A stretch of DNA of 57,438 bases, the filler included, from Platydemus manokwari (lineage: Eukaryota): NCBI GenBank assembly GCA_037951405.1. It is 5 parts of 5 records of this genome, joined end to end, with 100 filler letters (N's around TTAATTAATTAA, not from the genome) between each part and the next. Parts side by side here need not be neighbours in the genome. Positions count along the whole stretch, not along the records: positions 20,826 to 29,893 come from JBBMOY011304428.1; positions 29,994 to 47,795 come from JBBMOY010777758.1; 3 more parts are not named here. One strand, written 5' to 3'. The notes beneath the pieces are model-generated. The model was given only the letters and a program-made list of their open reading frames with translations. It had not been told where the DNA came from and did no database searches. The translations under genes were made by a program, and so were the position numbers. This document shows positions 25,510-38,060 of this stretch, piece after piece (within the stretch, counting starts at the first letter, position 1; each line of letters starts with the position of its first letter).

Positions 25510-27620
25510 TGTAATTTCGATGTTCGTGTTTATTTTTCTCGTTCGAATATTGTTAGTTGTGTATTAATGTTGAAAAAGTACGTTTGATTTGAAATGCTTA
25601 TAAGTCTTTAGAGAACTTTTCGAAATAAATGATTTTAGATCTTCTTTATGGATAATTTATTTACCTAAGTGTCACTTGATTCACTAATTTTTAAAGTCCT
25701 TCATAAAACCAAACTTCAAACACGTCTCTTTTATAAGCTTGTTTTTATATCTATATTTTAAACTCGTAGACAGATTTCTTATAATTTGATTTACTTTTCT
25801 TTTTCCCCAAATTAAAAATTTCTTCAAAATTTTATTAGTTTTTAAAGATTTTAAACTTATGGCTAATTAATAGAATTACTATTTGAATAGCCCAGCGTTC
25901 CAGGAAATTTGAAAAATTACAAATTAATTAAGTTCATTTGAACGGTTTAATTAATAAAATAACTAAAAATAAATTTCCAAATATTCAAAATTTCCAAACC
26001 TTCGGTACTGTAATCTTTCTTTAATTGAGCTTGTGTTGGGTTATTAAACAAAAATTTGAATCTGAAAATCTATATTAACTAAAATAATACACTCAAAGTC
26101 TCAATAATAACAATAACAAATCTTTGCGCAATTCACAAAGAAAATCATTCAAATTAGGATCATAGGTCGAAAGTTAAAAACAAAATCAATAGTAATCAAA
26201 AAGATTGATTACTAAAATCACACATTACCTAAGCATTGAAATTACCGACCAAAAAAGACTGGCAAAAATCCATCTAATTCAACCTCTTTTATAGACCCAT
26301 TGGATGTGTCTGCTTGATGTCACGGATCTTCGTTTTCTGATTCGCTGAATTTGTTTGTGGATCGATTTATTGAGATTTTCCTTACATCTCGCATGTCATT
26401 GGAGAACATTTGACCTTGACTGACTATTTGTCATCTAATAGTTATCATTTTATTCAATTAATTTTCAATCCTTTGCTGACCATTATTTGTGCATCACTTA
26501 ATTTAGCAAATATATTTTTTCGTTTATTTATTTATATTTAAATTATTATCGTTGTTTCTGTTACTGCGCTTTTGGAGTCAGGCAAAATTTAAACATTGGA
26601 ACTATTAGAGAGCCAAATCCTTCTGAACTTATACAACTTAAACAACGCGTAAGAACCGAACAATAAATATTTCACAATATTGAAAATCTCTTATTAAAGG
26701 ATGTGAATCAGAAGACAAACAGTCATCAATTATCATCAAAGTTCATGGAATTATTGATAAACTCGAAATAAAATCGAACAAAATTGAAGACTCTAGTTTA
26801 ATGATTATCAGATGATTTGTTTTTGTAAATCAATTGTGATAGGAAAACAGTCTGGCTCAGTGTATTCACCATTGTATTGAAGTAAAATATCATTGGACTG
26901 GGACATATCAGCTCTGAACAGTTCTTTAGTTTGATAGGCTTATTTATTATTACCTTGATTAAATCTCAAATTGACAATCCTAGGAACTTTAAATAGTAAA
27001 CCTCACTGTAAGTAAATCTCATTGCATTCATATTTTTAAATCAAAGGTATGTAAAGAGGTTAGTCGAATAAAACTAAATCACCTCGGAAATAATATAGAA
27101 CTATACTTTCCGATAAGTGACTATGAAGCACTAGTGATTACCGTAATTTTACAAATACATTTATTCATTATATTTAAAGTAATATGATTATAGTATAATG
27201 TTTTATTGCCATTTGTTATACATACATACACATACATACATATATACTATCCAGCTTGAAAACAACCAGGTTTATCGATACATATTATTTTGTAAAATTT
27301 ATTGCAATCGATGACCTTTGAAAATGAGTTCTGTTATTGATCCATAGTATGTTTTGAATACAGGGACTTTGAAATAAATAAACATTATTAAAACGATTTG
27401 AAATTACACTGGAGATGATGTAACCAGAAATCTAAAAAGTCCTTTAAAAGAAAAACTATTCTCAATACCATATCACCCCACTTGTTTTTACAAGAGTATT
27501 TTATATTCAAATAAAATAATTTTTTTAATCTTTTTATTCCAACATCGTGGGATTTTATGTTTAATAAATGAATATCAGATTCAATTCAAGATCATCAGCT
27601 AAATTTTCATTTAAAAGCAG
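25510..27620 (-). pseudogene. Possible decayed kinase relic between the two SDR genes
   Basis: IILFEY, WLHH, QNIL, KVID, then KRDV/FGF near 25720; strongly degenerate. Confidence 0.28.
26245..26420. repeat. Dispersed repeat, direct copy at about 55170-55345 (possibly a LINE 3' end)
   Basis: Shared ACCAAAAAAG.CTGGCA, TTGATG, GATCTTCGTTTT, TGAATTTGTT and CATTGG.GAA. Confidence 0.6.
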
Positions 27621-29039
27621 TATTAATCTCTCATTTGAAAGATTTTATTGAATGTGTCGGCATCATATTCAATAATATAAGTAAAATTGAAAATTAACTT
27701 GCAAGTAGCTTCGCGATCAACTTAATATTATTTAAAGATTTCATTTTAATTTTACCAAGTAAACTCATCTTCTGATTGTTATTCATGCATATCAATAGCC
27801 TCAGTTTGAATAATAAATAAAATTATTGTGATTTATTCGTGATTTCAATCTTCGATATTTAAGGTCAATGAATTTTCCATTCAAGTGATATCTTTTCCCT
27901 AATTTTTGAAATAAAATTTGATTAAATATCTCCACAATTCATTTTAATTTTATTCTTTAATACTGGAATACGTTCCACCATCTTAAGAGATAGGAACCAT
28001 AAATTGCAAAAAAAGCTTAAAACTTTCAAAAATTAAAATTATATAAATCCATTTCGCAATCTTCAAGCGTTCATGAAACTTTAATTTTATTTTATAAACA
28101 TAATAAAACCTGTTTACTATATCTGACTTTAGCCGCTGAATTTTTAATGGCGAATAAATCACGATATCTAATAGATATAAACGAAATCTCATAAACGTAA
28201 AATAAACTGATTAAACAAAACTTATTGAAGTATTGTACTTACTTAACAATGATTACGTGATTTCAGAAACAACAGAGAATGGAAATTACAAAAGATTTCA
28301 CAATCAAAATTCAATTTTTAAATACAATATCAAAGATAAGCATTGCGATGGTCGATGATGGCATGCATATTTGTTTTGTTTGTCGTCGTATTAGTCGAGT
28401 CAAACTCAATTAAGTTCAAATGGTCGAAATTGGTTGAATATTATACTACTGGTTCAACACCATTCACGAGAAAATGTTTTAACGATTAGCCTCTTCATAA
28501 ACATTAGTAATAAATCTGTCTAAATCAAAAAGAATTCTCAGCTCCAGAGTTCTTTCATTCTATTTGTAAATGGCAATAATCTCAAGGAATCTCAGTCTGA
28601 GGGTTCCCCAAAAATAACACTGACTGATGAATATAAGGGTTAAGGTGATATAATGATTAAAATTGTTCGCCAATTTCAATAGATAGCACATTAAATATAT
28701 CGATTTTCAAAACATTGAATCCATCATTAAATGATCAGTTATTGATAGATTTGACCAGAAGATAATTTGGTGAAAAGTAATTGAATTTGTATTTTACATC
28801 ATCACGCTGTTAAAAGAATCGAATAATTTCTTCATAAACATCACACAGAAGTTGATGAATTAAAAATAAAATAAACATTATCGATTAAATATTGTCATGT
28901 TTATTTTAACAGAATAAATCGGAACAAATAATATGATTAATGGACAATTTCGAGAGGCTGGCAGTGCAGAATCATTCAACAACAGATCGAAGTCAATTAA
29001 ATCGATGATGAAATTTACAAATTGATTTATTTATTTGAT

Positions 29040-29517
29040 GTGGATAAGTGGATTAGTAAAGTTGCGATTGTCATTGGCGCCTCATCTGGTATTCGAAAAG
29101 ATATCGCTATCAAATTATTTAATCACGGATTGAAAGTGATTGGATGTGGTAGAAATCTGGACAATTTATTGAAAGTAAAAAGTGAGATATCAAATGATTC
29201 CAAAGGTGAATTCATATCTTTCCAATGTGATGTATCGAAAGAGGACGATGTGTTGAAAATGTTCGATTATGTGAAAACGAATTACAAACAATTGAGCATT
29301 ATGATTAACAATGCTGGATTTGCATTAGAAGTTTAAATAATATTTTATTTTGATTATTAACAACATTGGTTTCAGGGATCAATTCTTACTGGGATAAGTG
29401 AGAATTTTAAATCAATGTTCGAAACTAATGTTTTGAGTGTTTGTATTTGTACAAGTCAAGCTTACGCAATGACGAAAGACAATGAAAACTCTAATACTAA
29501 ATCGGATGTAAGATAAT
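29040..29517 (+). pseudogene. Damaged paralog of the DHRS11-like SDR (exon 1 and part of exon 2)
   Basis: DKWISKVAIVIGASSGIRKD...NNAGFALE | 45-nt intron at the same position as in the intact gene | GSILTGISENFKSMFETNVLSVCICTSQAYAMTKDNENSNTKSD. The start is disrupted (ATGTGGATAAG vs ATGGATAAA) and the third Gly of GxxxGxG is Arg. Homology ends near 29508 and the contig ends at 29893. Confidence 0.75.
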
Positions 29518-29818
29518 TTGCTAACGAATCAATATGTGGATGAATTTATTAAGTGAAAAGCGAAGATCAGTGATATCAGTTGGGCACACAGGAAAAGCCT
29601 ATAAAAAGAAGTGTGATTTAACGAACAGCTGTCAGTCTTTTGGGCCTGTAACCCTCAATGTGTTATGTGATTATCTTACTACTAATATTCATCGTTGTTT
29701 TCTGTTCTGCATTCAACGTTAGGAGGTGATCCGGTTTTAAATGATTAACTATTGTTGTACTGCGATTTTTTCATGGCAATTGCTGGATAATCGACATTGT
29801 GATTTTTTGTGAATCACA
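29508..29818 (+). mobile_element. LTR-like sequence at the point where SDR paralog homology ends
   Basis: Starts TGTAAGATAAT, contains TATAAAA near 29600 and is richer in GC than its flanks; no TSD confirmed. Confidence 0.3.
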
Positions 29819-29823
29819 TTATA

Positions 29824-29893
29824 TTAGGTTGTCCCATATGAAATGTCCGATTTTCATGCACATATTTGAAGAAGCATAACTCATAAGAAAATA
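29824..29893 (+). mobile_element. Mariner-type TIR at a contig end
   Basis: TA|TTAGGTTGTCCCATATGAAATGTCCG runs into the spacer. Confidence 0.6.
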
Positions 29894-29993
29894 NNNNNNN
29901 NNNNNNNNNNNNNNNNNNNNNNNNNNNNNNNNNNNNNTTAATTAATTAANNNNNNNNNNNNNNNNNNNNNNNNNNNNNNNNNNNNNNNNNNNN
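29894..29993. other. Artificial contig spacer
   Basis: N44-TTAATTAATTAA-N44. Confidence 0.97.
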
Positions 29994-30068
29994 AACTTAT
30001 TTTTTAAGCGAGTTATAGTCTTTTAAAGTTGCTGTTAGATAACGGCCATTATTTTTGCACCAACCTAA
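29994..30068 (-). mobile_element. Mariner-type TIR at a contig start
   Basis: Reverse complement TA|TTAGGTTGGTGCAAAAATAAT closely resembles Hsmar1/MADE1-type TIRs. Confidence 0.65.
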
Positions 30069-33060
30069 TAAAACATGAATATAATAAATATGTAGTAATT
30101 ATATTTTATTGTCACGGTAATAGAAATAACTGTTATTATTATAAGCTTTGAATGACACGACTTACAAATGAAATACAGGTGATGTATAACTGTAAAGAAG
30201 CAGTCACTATAGTAGTGAAACTTATGCTGTTGTAGCTTTTAATGGCGAAAATAGGGCAAATAAGGATGATAACAATTAATCTTTTGATTTCAGTTACAGA
30301 TTTAAAAATATGATCTGTATTAATGTGATTTGGTTACAATTAACAAAACAAAACACATAGAATAATTTTCTAACAATGAAAGGAGTTTGAGATAATAATA
30401 AATAAAAATTCTAAAAAATTATATAAAAAATAAACAATTCTAGTCGAATAATGCTTTGTTTTGTGACTAATAAAGAAATCCCATTTATAAAAGCAGTTAA
30501 ATTTTTCGTTAATTAATTATTCTTTTTAACATGTTAGAGTGGCTGATTTTTGCAAATTAATTTTCTAGATTGAGGAAATGATTTTGTTTAATTTATTCTG
30601 ATCTATTTGGTTTGTTTATAAATCAATGAATAGAGGTGATGACTTGTTCAATATTAAGTGATTTTTAAAGTTACTTTCGAGTTGGATTAATTTTTTAAAG
30701 ATAATGTTTATATCTGTACAATATCTTTTATAGAATTATATTTTTTTTATTGTTATTAAATTCAATTAATTATTTATTTAATATTAAAATGGATTATTTA
30801 TAAACTCCATATGCATTTATAATCCAAGCAAGTTTTTAAAAATTGCTTATCAAGTATGTAAATAAAAGTTTTACACGAAAAATAATTTTTTTCTGAAAAA
30901 ACTTTTAAAAAAAGTTACCCTTAACAATGGAATGTTTTCAATAGATCATAAATAAAACCAAAATATTCACATGAAAAATGAAGCTCTGAGATATCGTGTG
31001 AACACCAATAAACAGTTGATACACCTATAAAAGCAGTTGGACCCCACCTGTCTGTCATTTTTTGGTCGATAACTTCTAATATGTATGACTTGATTTTTCT
31101 CACAATCAATCTTTGCCAGTTCGACAGTTCGTTTTGTCTTTTGACTTTCGGGTGCTGATACCACTTTGCTTGATTATATATTGTTAATTTAGTATGATTT
31201 TAATTAAGTTTGGTTACGAATCGATTTTGTAATTCGTTGTGATTTAAGCTACAATTTTTAGTATTCAGCGTCAATTGATATTATAACGTAAGCCTGAGAA
31301 TAAATTTAATAAATAAGGAGTTAAAGTTAAAGTAAAACAAAGAATAATAAGTATAAATAAAAAATGTAAATGAAATAAAATCTAATAATATAAAATAAAA
31401 TGCAAACTGAATAATAATAATAATTATCAAAATAGCAGTGAAATACTACAAAAAAATAATATTTCAACAATAATAATTTAAAATGTTAGTAATGATTAAT
31501 AACAAATTATAATATTTTTCAGGGCTAATTATAATAATTAGGAACGATAAATGTCATCAAACGATTATATTAAATTAAAAACAGGAAGCTTGACCTAATA
31601 AATAGTAATGGTGATGTTCAGCTAAATACATTTACGAAAGCATCCCGATGTATGTTTGATTTTTGTTTTAAACAGTGGACACAAATCTTTAAACAGTGAT
31701 TAAATCAGATCAATTAACTAAGGTGGGCATTAAGTAGTTGCATATTTGTTGCAGTATTTTTGGTGGAGTTAATAAATCGATAACTCATATTGTATTTTAG
31801 TGACCGTATTGGGTAAGAAAGTTTGTGATAGCAGTCTGAAGTAGTCTCTGTACTGGTTTGGGACTGTGCTCACGGTTTTAAACCTAAAGACATTAATTTA
31901 ATCATTTTGCACTTAATGTGATAAATTCTTTGTAAAGAGTGTCATATTAATTGTAGCTTTATAACTAGAATTAATTGTTAATTTATTCAGTGCGATTCTG
32001 TGTGATATAAAAATAGAGGTCACTTTGAGTTCGAGTAGTCCCAAACTTTATATAAAATTGTAATTATCACCAGATAATTCTATCAGGGAAAATAGTTTTC
32101 CGTATTCAATACTTGATTAGATTCTAGAATGAAAATTTAAAAATTGTTCATTAAAAATATTAATTATTCAATAAAATATAATCAAATAAAAATACTAATA
32201 ATATTTAATAATCCAATGATATTCAAGTTAATTTTTCAATTTCCACGAAATTAGATTTATTTCTAAACTTTCTTAAGCAAATCAGATTATCATAATAAAA
32301 TATATGGAAAATATAATTATTTATTTCTACAAATTAAAGATAAAACATTGGTATAGCAAATTTAATAATCCATATAAACAAATCATAACGTTTCTTTATT
32401 TAATAAATTTACTGTTTCACTAACCACACTTGAATGGTTTTTAATTTTCTCCGATTTCAACATTGGCAAATGTGGCTTCCAACAAATTTTGACAAATCAA
32501 TATATTATAAATGGAATACAAATAAAACAATAAACAAAAAAATGAAAGATAATTACCAAAAAAGATATAGCAAAAATGAATTGAGAATTTTGAAGTTTTT
32601 GAGATTATAATAAACAGCTTTAGATTGTGTAATTATATGTGATTTGTTTGAATATCGTTGATGAATGATGCACCACAACATCACAATATCGATTCAGCAC
32701 TACAACACCCATCACATAAACATTAAACCAAAACAAATAACAATACAATCAAATCCATCCAATATTATGCCAACATCAGACCCATTCACCGTCAAATTCG
32801 ATCCCAATTAAAACTCAGGATCCAAACCCTTAAATAGCCTCAATTCAGCAAAGTCCACTCTATTTGGTTTTCTGATATCCTTCGTTTGGAAATTGAACAG
32901 CCATCTTCTGGAGTAGTGCGTTGATATTTTACCAACATTTCTTGTTACTTTGGATCTTGTTAATTTTTCCCGTTTTTAGAGATAAATTTTATTAATATAA
33001 ATCATCTTTATTATGAATCTCTACTTAAATCATTACACTAATATTAATATTTTCTGATTA

Positions 33061-34690
33061 TTGTGTTCGTTGAGCACCAAAATAATTGACTACAACAAGA
33101 AAAACACTCATTTTTGTAACAATCAATATTTTCCAGAAACCCAAAACATTAAACTCACATTTCTTATCGACATGAATGTTTGGAAAACCTACAAAAAGAA
33201 TTTAAATTTTAAAAATTTTCTGATACTTATCGGAGCAGAAGAAATTTCTGCTTCATACCAATCAGTTCTGGGTATCAATATAGAATATTCAAAATATTTA
33301 TTGATAAGAACTAGATAATAAACGAAAACTGTTTATAAATTCATTATATTTTTGGGAATAGATTAATGATTTGACGCCAAACACTTTCATTTGAGATTAT
33401 GTGTCTTCATAAAATATCCAAAATTGCGGCATCATTAACATTTCTTTGATGTTCTTGATAGAGGCAGTTGAATTTACAAAAATTCGAAAATAATTTGTAT
33501 GGTTTATCCTTTCTCCATGACTTATCAATATTAGTGTCAGTATTAAAAGCTCCACAATTTTTTCACCACCCTCTAATTTATTCGAAAATGTCGAGACTTT
33601 GAAATATGAAAACTTTTTAAAGAAGTATTTCCATTCGATTGGATATTTGTGAAATTTTGTGGAGTAATCATTATTTAGAATATATTTTTAATACTAATTT
33701 TCTCTTTCTTATATATTTTCACCCGTAATTCTTCCTAACCAAGATTATTATCTTAAATTCAGTTTAAAACTATTCTACAAAAAATGCGATAGAATTCCAC
33801 AATGGCATACATTTTCTATCAAGAATCTTCCGTTAATTATAATTATAAGCTGATAACATTGTGATCGATATTTCATACTTTCAATTCATAGACATTTTAT
33901 CTGATAAAAGAAGACAAAGGCTGGAAAGAATTGATCGAATGTACAATCTAATTATTATTTATAGATCTGTAATTTTTTCTGATTATAGTTGTCTAGAATT
34001 ATTTGTTTTTCTAACAGCTTCAATTCATATAATGTAAAGGCGCGGTTCTCAAGCTTTCTTCTATGTTGACCCATTTTCCCATTTTAAGATCTTGGCGATC
34101 CCAAAGAAAATCAATATTACTAAAAATAAGTCATGACTCACCATATTTAATAAAACCAATTTGCAACAAGTAATGAATTACCGATAATAATAAGATTACC
34201 AGATAATAACATAACCTATAAAATACTTAACTGAAGTAGTCAAGGTAATTGTGAACAGAAGCAGTTTAAACAGTATCATAAAACACCACTTTCACATGTA
34301 ATGGTTTGTACACCTACCATAATTCGGCAATACATTTAAAAGAGCTTGCCGACTCCGGGTTTGAGAACCACTAATGTAAAGGGATTTAAAAATTATTTAA
34401 GGGGATATCCAAATTATTCAAAAAGATAGATTTTCAAATAATTTTTTTCAACAATCATCTGGAATCTCATGATATTTCAAAATCGATTGTAGTTATTGAC
34501 TATAAGCTTTCCAAATAAGCTGTAGATTCTTTTTTCAGAATCTTTATGATTGATTATATATATATATATATATATATAATAAATTTTATGTAATTGGATC
34601 GGAACAGAATAGTAACATAGAAATTAGATATTATATTGAAATTAATGAAAGATAGAATCCAGAACCACGTAGAGTGCATACGAGAAACTC
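33061..34690 (+). pseudogene. Decayed protein kinase relic (the clearest copy)
   Basis: In order: TFLIDMNVW..LNFKNFLILIG, VLGINIEY, GLSFLHDLSILVSVLKAPQFF (same spacing as GLxYLHxxxIIHRDLKxxNxL, from 33501), KMS/DFEI and KLMK..NPEPR; has stops and frameshifts. Confidence 0.5.
34040..34373. mobile_element. hAT (Charlie/MER5-like) MITE, 334 bp
   Basis: TIRs GCGCGGTTCTCAA / TTGAGAACCACTA with a perfect 8-bp TSD ATGTAAAG (34032-34039 and 34374-34381). Confidence 0.85.
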
Positions 34691-35169
34691 TAGCAATATA
34701 ATTCGATATATAATTCATTGAGCAAAATATAATCATTAGATTCCAATGGCTCAAAGAACGTGTAGTAAAAAATGAAATTTCATAGGATATAGGTCAAACA
34801 ATTCGATTGTCAATACAATCGTGACCAACTACAGTTCTGAAATTGATTAAAAATGAAGAAAAATAGAATTAGACTCAGTAAATTATATCAAAATTTTTTA
34901 TTTTAAATGATTCTCAGATTCTTACGTGATCAAATTGACTCTTAACTACTAGTAGATTTCCTTGTAATTTTAGTGTGATTCTAAACTTCTCTTTGTTTCT
35001 TTGTTTTCTCTCATTTCCACTTTAGCCTCTGAGGTACTAAAATTACTAAAATTAACTTACCATTATTTTTGATGATCTATTCTCATGCAGCTACTAAACT
35101 ATCACTATTTTCAATGTAATAAACATTAAATTGACAAATATTATTTTGTTGTTTAAATATACTGAGTAT

Positions 35170-35930
35170 TTTATATTTGTCTGATATTTGAAATTCCCTG
35201 GTATATTATAAAATTTTCAGGGTTAACATCAAATTCCTTTACTTTCCTTCTGTTACACCTTCTAATACCAATTCCGTGATAAAATATGTTTTCAGTTGAA
35301 CTTCTTGGAATCACTTTCCATAATATCTGTCTAAGTTCATTTCCAAACACAACCATTGTTTTACTTATTGATAGATTCATCAGATAGGCACATAAAATTT
35401 ATTAGATTGTTTTTCGAACCGAAAGTATTGGTTCATGATATCAGTTTTTTCATCATTAGTTTTAAATATTTTTTTAAAAAATTTAAAAATAAAATTGAAA
35501 GAATAAGCTATGAAACCGTAAAAATTAAGCAAGAGAAAATCATATAATTTGCATACAAATTTACATCGCTGGATAATATTTCGTCTTTAATAATAGATTT
35601 ATGTCCTTTTTAAAGAAAATCGACTTATTAGATTATCTCCGAAAATTTAAGGTCAACATAGAATCAGTATTCCAGATAAAAAAAATTGAGAGCTATTATA
35701 TCTAGTTGTGATTGATCAGAAAATCGACTTCGTTGAGAATGAGATTCGGAGAATTTTTTTATAAAATCACTTTACGGTTTATAGATTCTCATAATTAGAA
35801 TTTACTCAGTTTATTCAATCGGCTAAGAAATTAATAATTTGCTCTCAATTTACTTGGTCGAAATACTTCAGATTTTATGAATAAAATGGCTTTTTGTGAT
35901 AAGTGGGAATTCTATTTATCTGTCATATAA
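35170..35930 (-). mobile_element. Highly decayed LINE reverse transcriptase remnant
   Basis: Degenerate motifs in the expected order: NY*FLSRLNKLSK (NYRPISLLxxLSK), NLYANY (LYADD), MNLSISKT (LxLNxxKT). Confidence 0.4.
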
Positions 35931-36149
35931 AATAGTACGATAGTTTTAATAAGAAGTTTGAAAGTTTCGTCTTCTACCGAACTTAATATGTGAATTTATC
36001 AACTTGAATTAGAAATTATAATTTTTTTTAAGATAAGGGACTCGTTTAATTTTTCATTAAAATATTTTTCAATGAAAGTAAAAAAAATCAGTTGGTGATA
36101 TAGATGTGACTTCTTCTATAGTTTCTCTATAATTCAATCAAATTCAATA

Positions 36150-37200
36150 AATAAGTATGGCAAATACTACCCCACATTCCAACTACTTCTCACAACTGGG
36201 AGGAATATTAAAATTTGATAAAATGTTAAAACGAGAGTGGGTAGAAGTATTGTAATTAGATATATTATCGCCATATGATCAGGATAAATAAGCATATATA
36301 AGTAAACAAAATAATCCAATAATCTTCAATAATATAAAAAAAGACTATAAGCATGGAAACAGCAGTAGTGACTCTCCAGAATTATATGAAAGAGTACAAC
36401 AGGAGGTCATTAAGATTATATCTAAAAGGAATACATATGTCAATACAGAAAGAAGGGAAGACAAAAAAGAAACAATGATAACAACAATCTCAGAATTAAG
36501 AAACCCAAAGATATGGTATAATAAAATGCAAGACGGACACAACACTACTATAAAAATTAAAAAAAATAATTTGAGTATTTACTAGACATAGGAGCACGAA
36601 TAAACGTTATGATTGAAAAAGTATTAATAGTACTGAATCATTTAGAATAGAATATACTAGTGAAAATTTGCGTTGCTCAAATGACAATAAACTAGAGGTA
36701 ATTGATAAAGCAACAGAAGCAGAAATGATAACAAATAAAGTTTCATTGGTGACTGTTGAACAGATTTCACTACAAATTATAGCCGGAACTGAATTTCATA
36801 AATTGCTTGGAATAATGCTAGGCTAAGCAAGAATTTTTTATATAAAGAATTGGAAAAAGAAAAACAAACACAACTTCGGTTGTGAGGTAACATTTAAATT
36901 CGGATGGAATATTGATAAGAAGAGAGAGATTTAAAAACTAAAGAGCGCTTTACAACAAAAGAAGGATCTCGTATATTGATAATCAGGAATAACACAAATG
37001 TATTTATGGCAGATCATTGGAATATTGGCGGCGTCAATTTAGTGAAGCATAAAACTGTAACAAATAATATTCCAATAAATCTCTAATCATGGAGCTAACC
37101 GGCAAATTTAGAAATAAGATTAGATGAAGCAATTAACAAAACCTGTCGCAAATAACAGCATTGGGAAGTGCAAGAAACCTTGGATTGTACAGGGAAAAAG
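36150..37200 (+). mobile_element. Gypsy-type gag-pol remnant
   Basis: Protease-like LLDIGARINV near 36579-36608, then the RT N-terminus-like IGGVNLVKHKTVTNNIPI...PANLEIRLDEAI; many stops. Confidence 0.6.
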
Positions 37201-37449
37201 CTAGGAAAGATTTACCTTTGTTTCAGAAATAAACAATAATAAACTCAAAAAATAATTAAATTATAATTTAATAGAAAATAAATAATATTAGTCTAGAGTT
37301 CGTTCAATCTTTCAATGTTTTGCGATTTGTCAGTCTTCATAATCGGTTAAAGTAACTTAATATTAATGAAGGTTGATTTCTATAAAATTTATTAGATCCA
37401 TTTGGTTAATCGTGAATATTTTTAAACTTTATTTATTAATTCTATACAC

Positions 37450-38060
37450 CTCACATTGCGATTTAAGCTTTATTATCTAGAGATTTTAAATGAATCCGAA
37501 GGAATCCAGAACAAGTCAAATTAAATTCGGAATGATTATTATTTATGTTTTGTATTTATAATGATTTAATTCATGAAAATATGGACCTGTACAATTGGAT
37601 TCTTCAAATTAAGACCAACAATGTGATTAAGTTTATTTCCTGTTGCTCTAATGTAACTTGTGTATTTTTGATGACTGATTTTGTTTAGAAAAATATCATT
37701 TTCTTCAGATAATCAATCGATATCTGTGGGTTTTTTTAGAAAATTTAATATGGTTTAATTGTGACTGATTTTCGCTTCATATTTAATGTGGACATTATTC
37801 ATCGAATAATCAATACTGGAGACACCAGGATCTGATTACATATTAAGTTATAAATTTAGATTATCAATTTTCATAAAATGCTTCATAAAATATAAAAAAG
37901 GAATTAAAAAAAGAATTAAAAAAGGAATTAAAAAAGGAATTAAAAAAAGATTTTTATATACATATCAATGAGAAATAAAATTTTCTAATAATTTTGTATC
38001 AAATTATATAGACACCAAAAGACAGGTTTAGACCCAATGGTCCGTGACGTCTTCTGTTCG
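37450..38060 (+). pseudogene. Decayed kinase relic
   Basis: HIAI/K, LIHENM, IGF, a short GT-AG intron, DIIHR (IIHR at 37794-37805) and RDVF. Confidence 0.33.
37893..37950. repeat. 12-bp tandem repeat AAAAAAGGAATT, about 4.5 copies
   Basis: Visible directly in the sequence. Confidence 0.85.

Noticed and set aside
30921-31164. Two overlapping minus-strand ORFs as possible exons
   Set aside because: No recognisable homology and no partner exons found.
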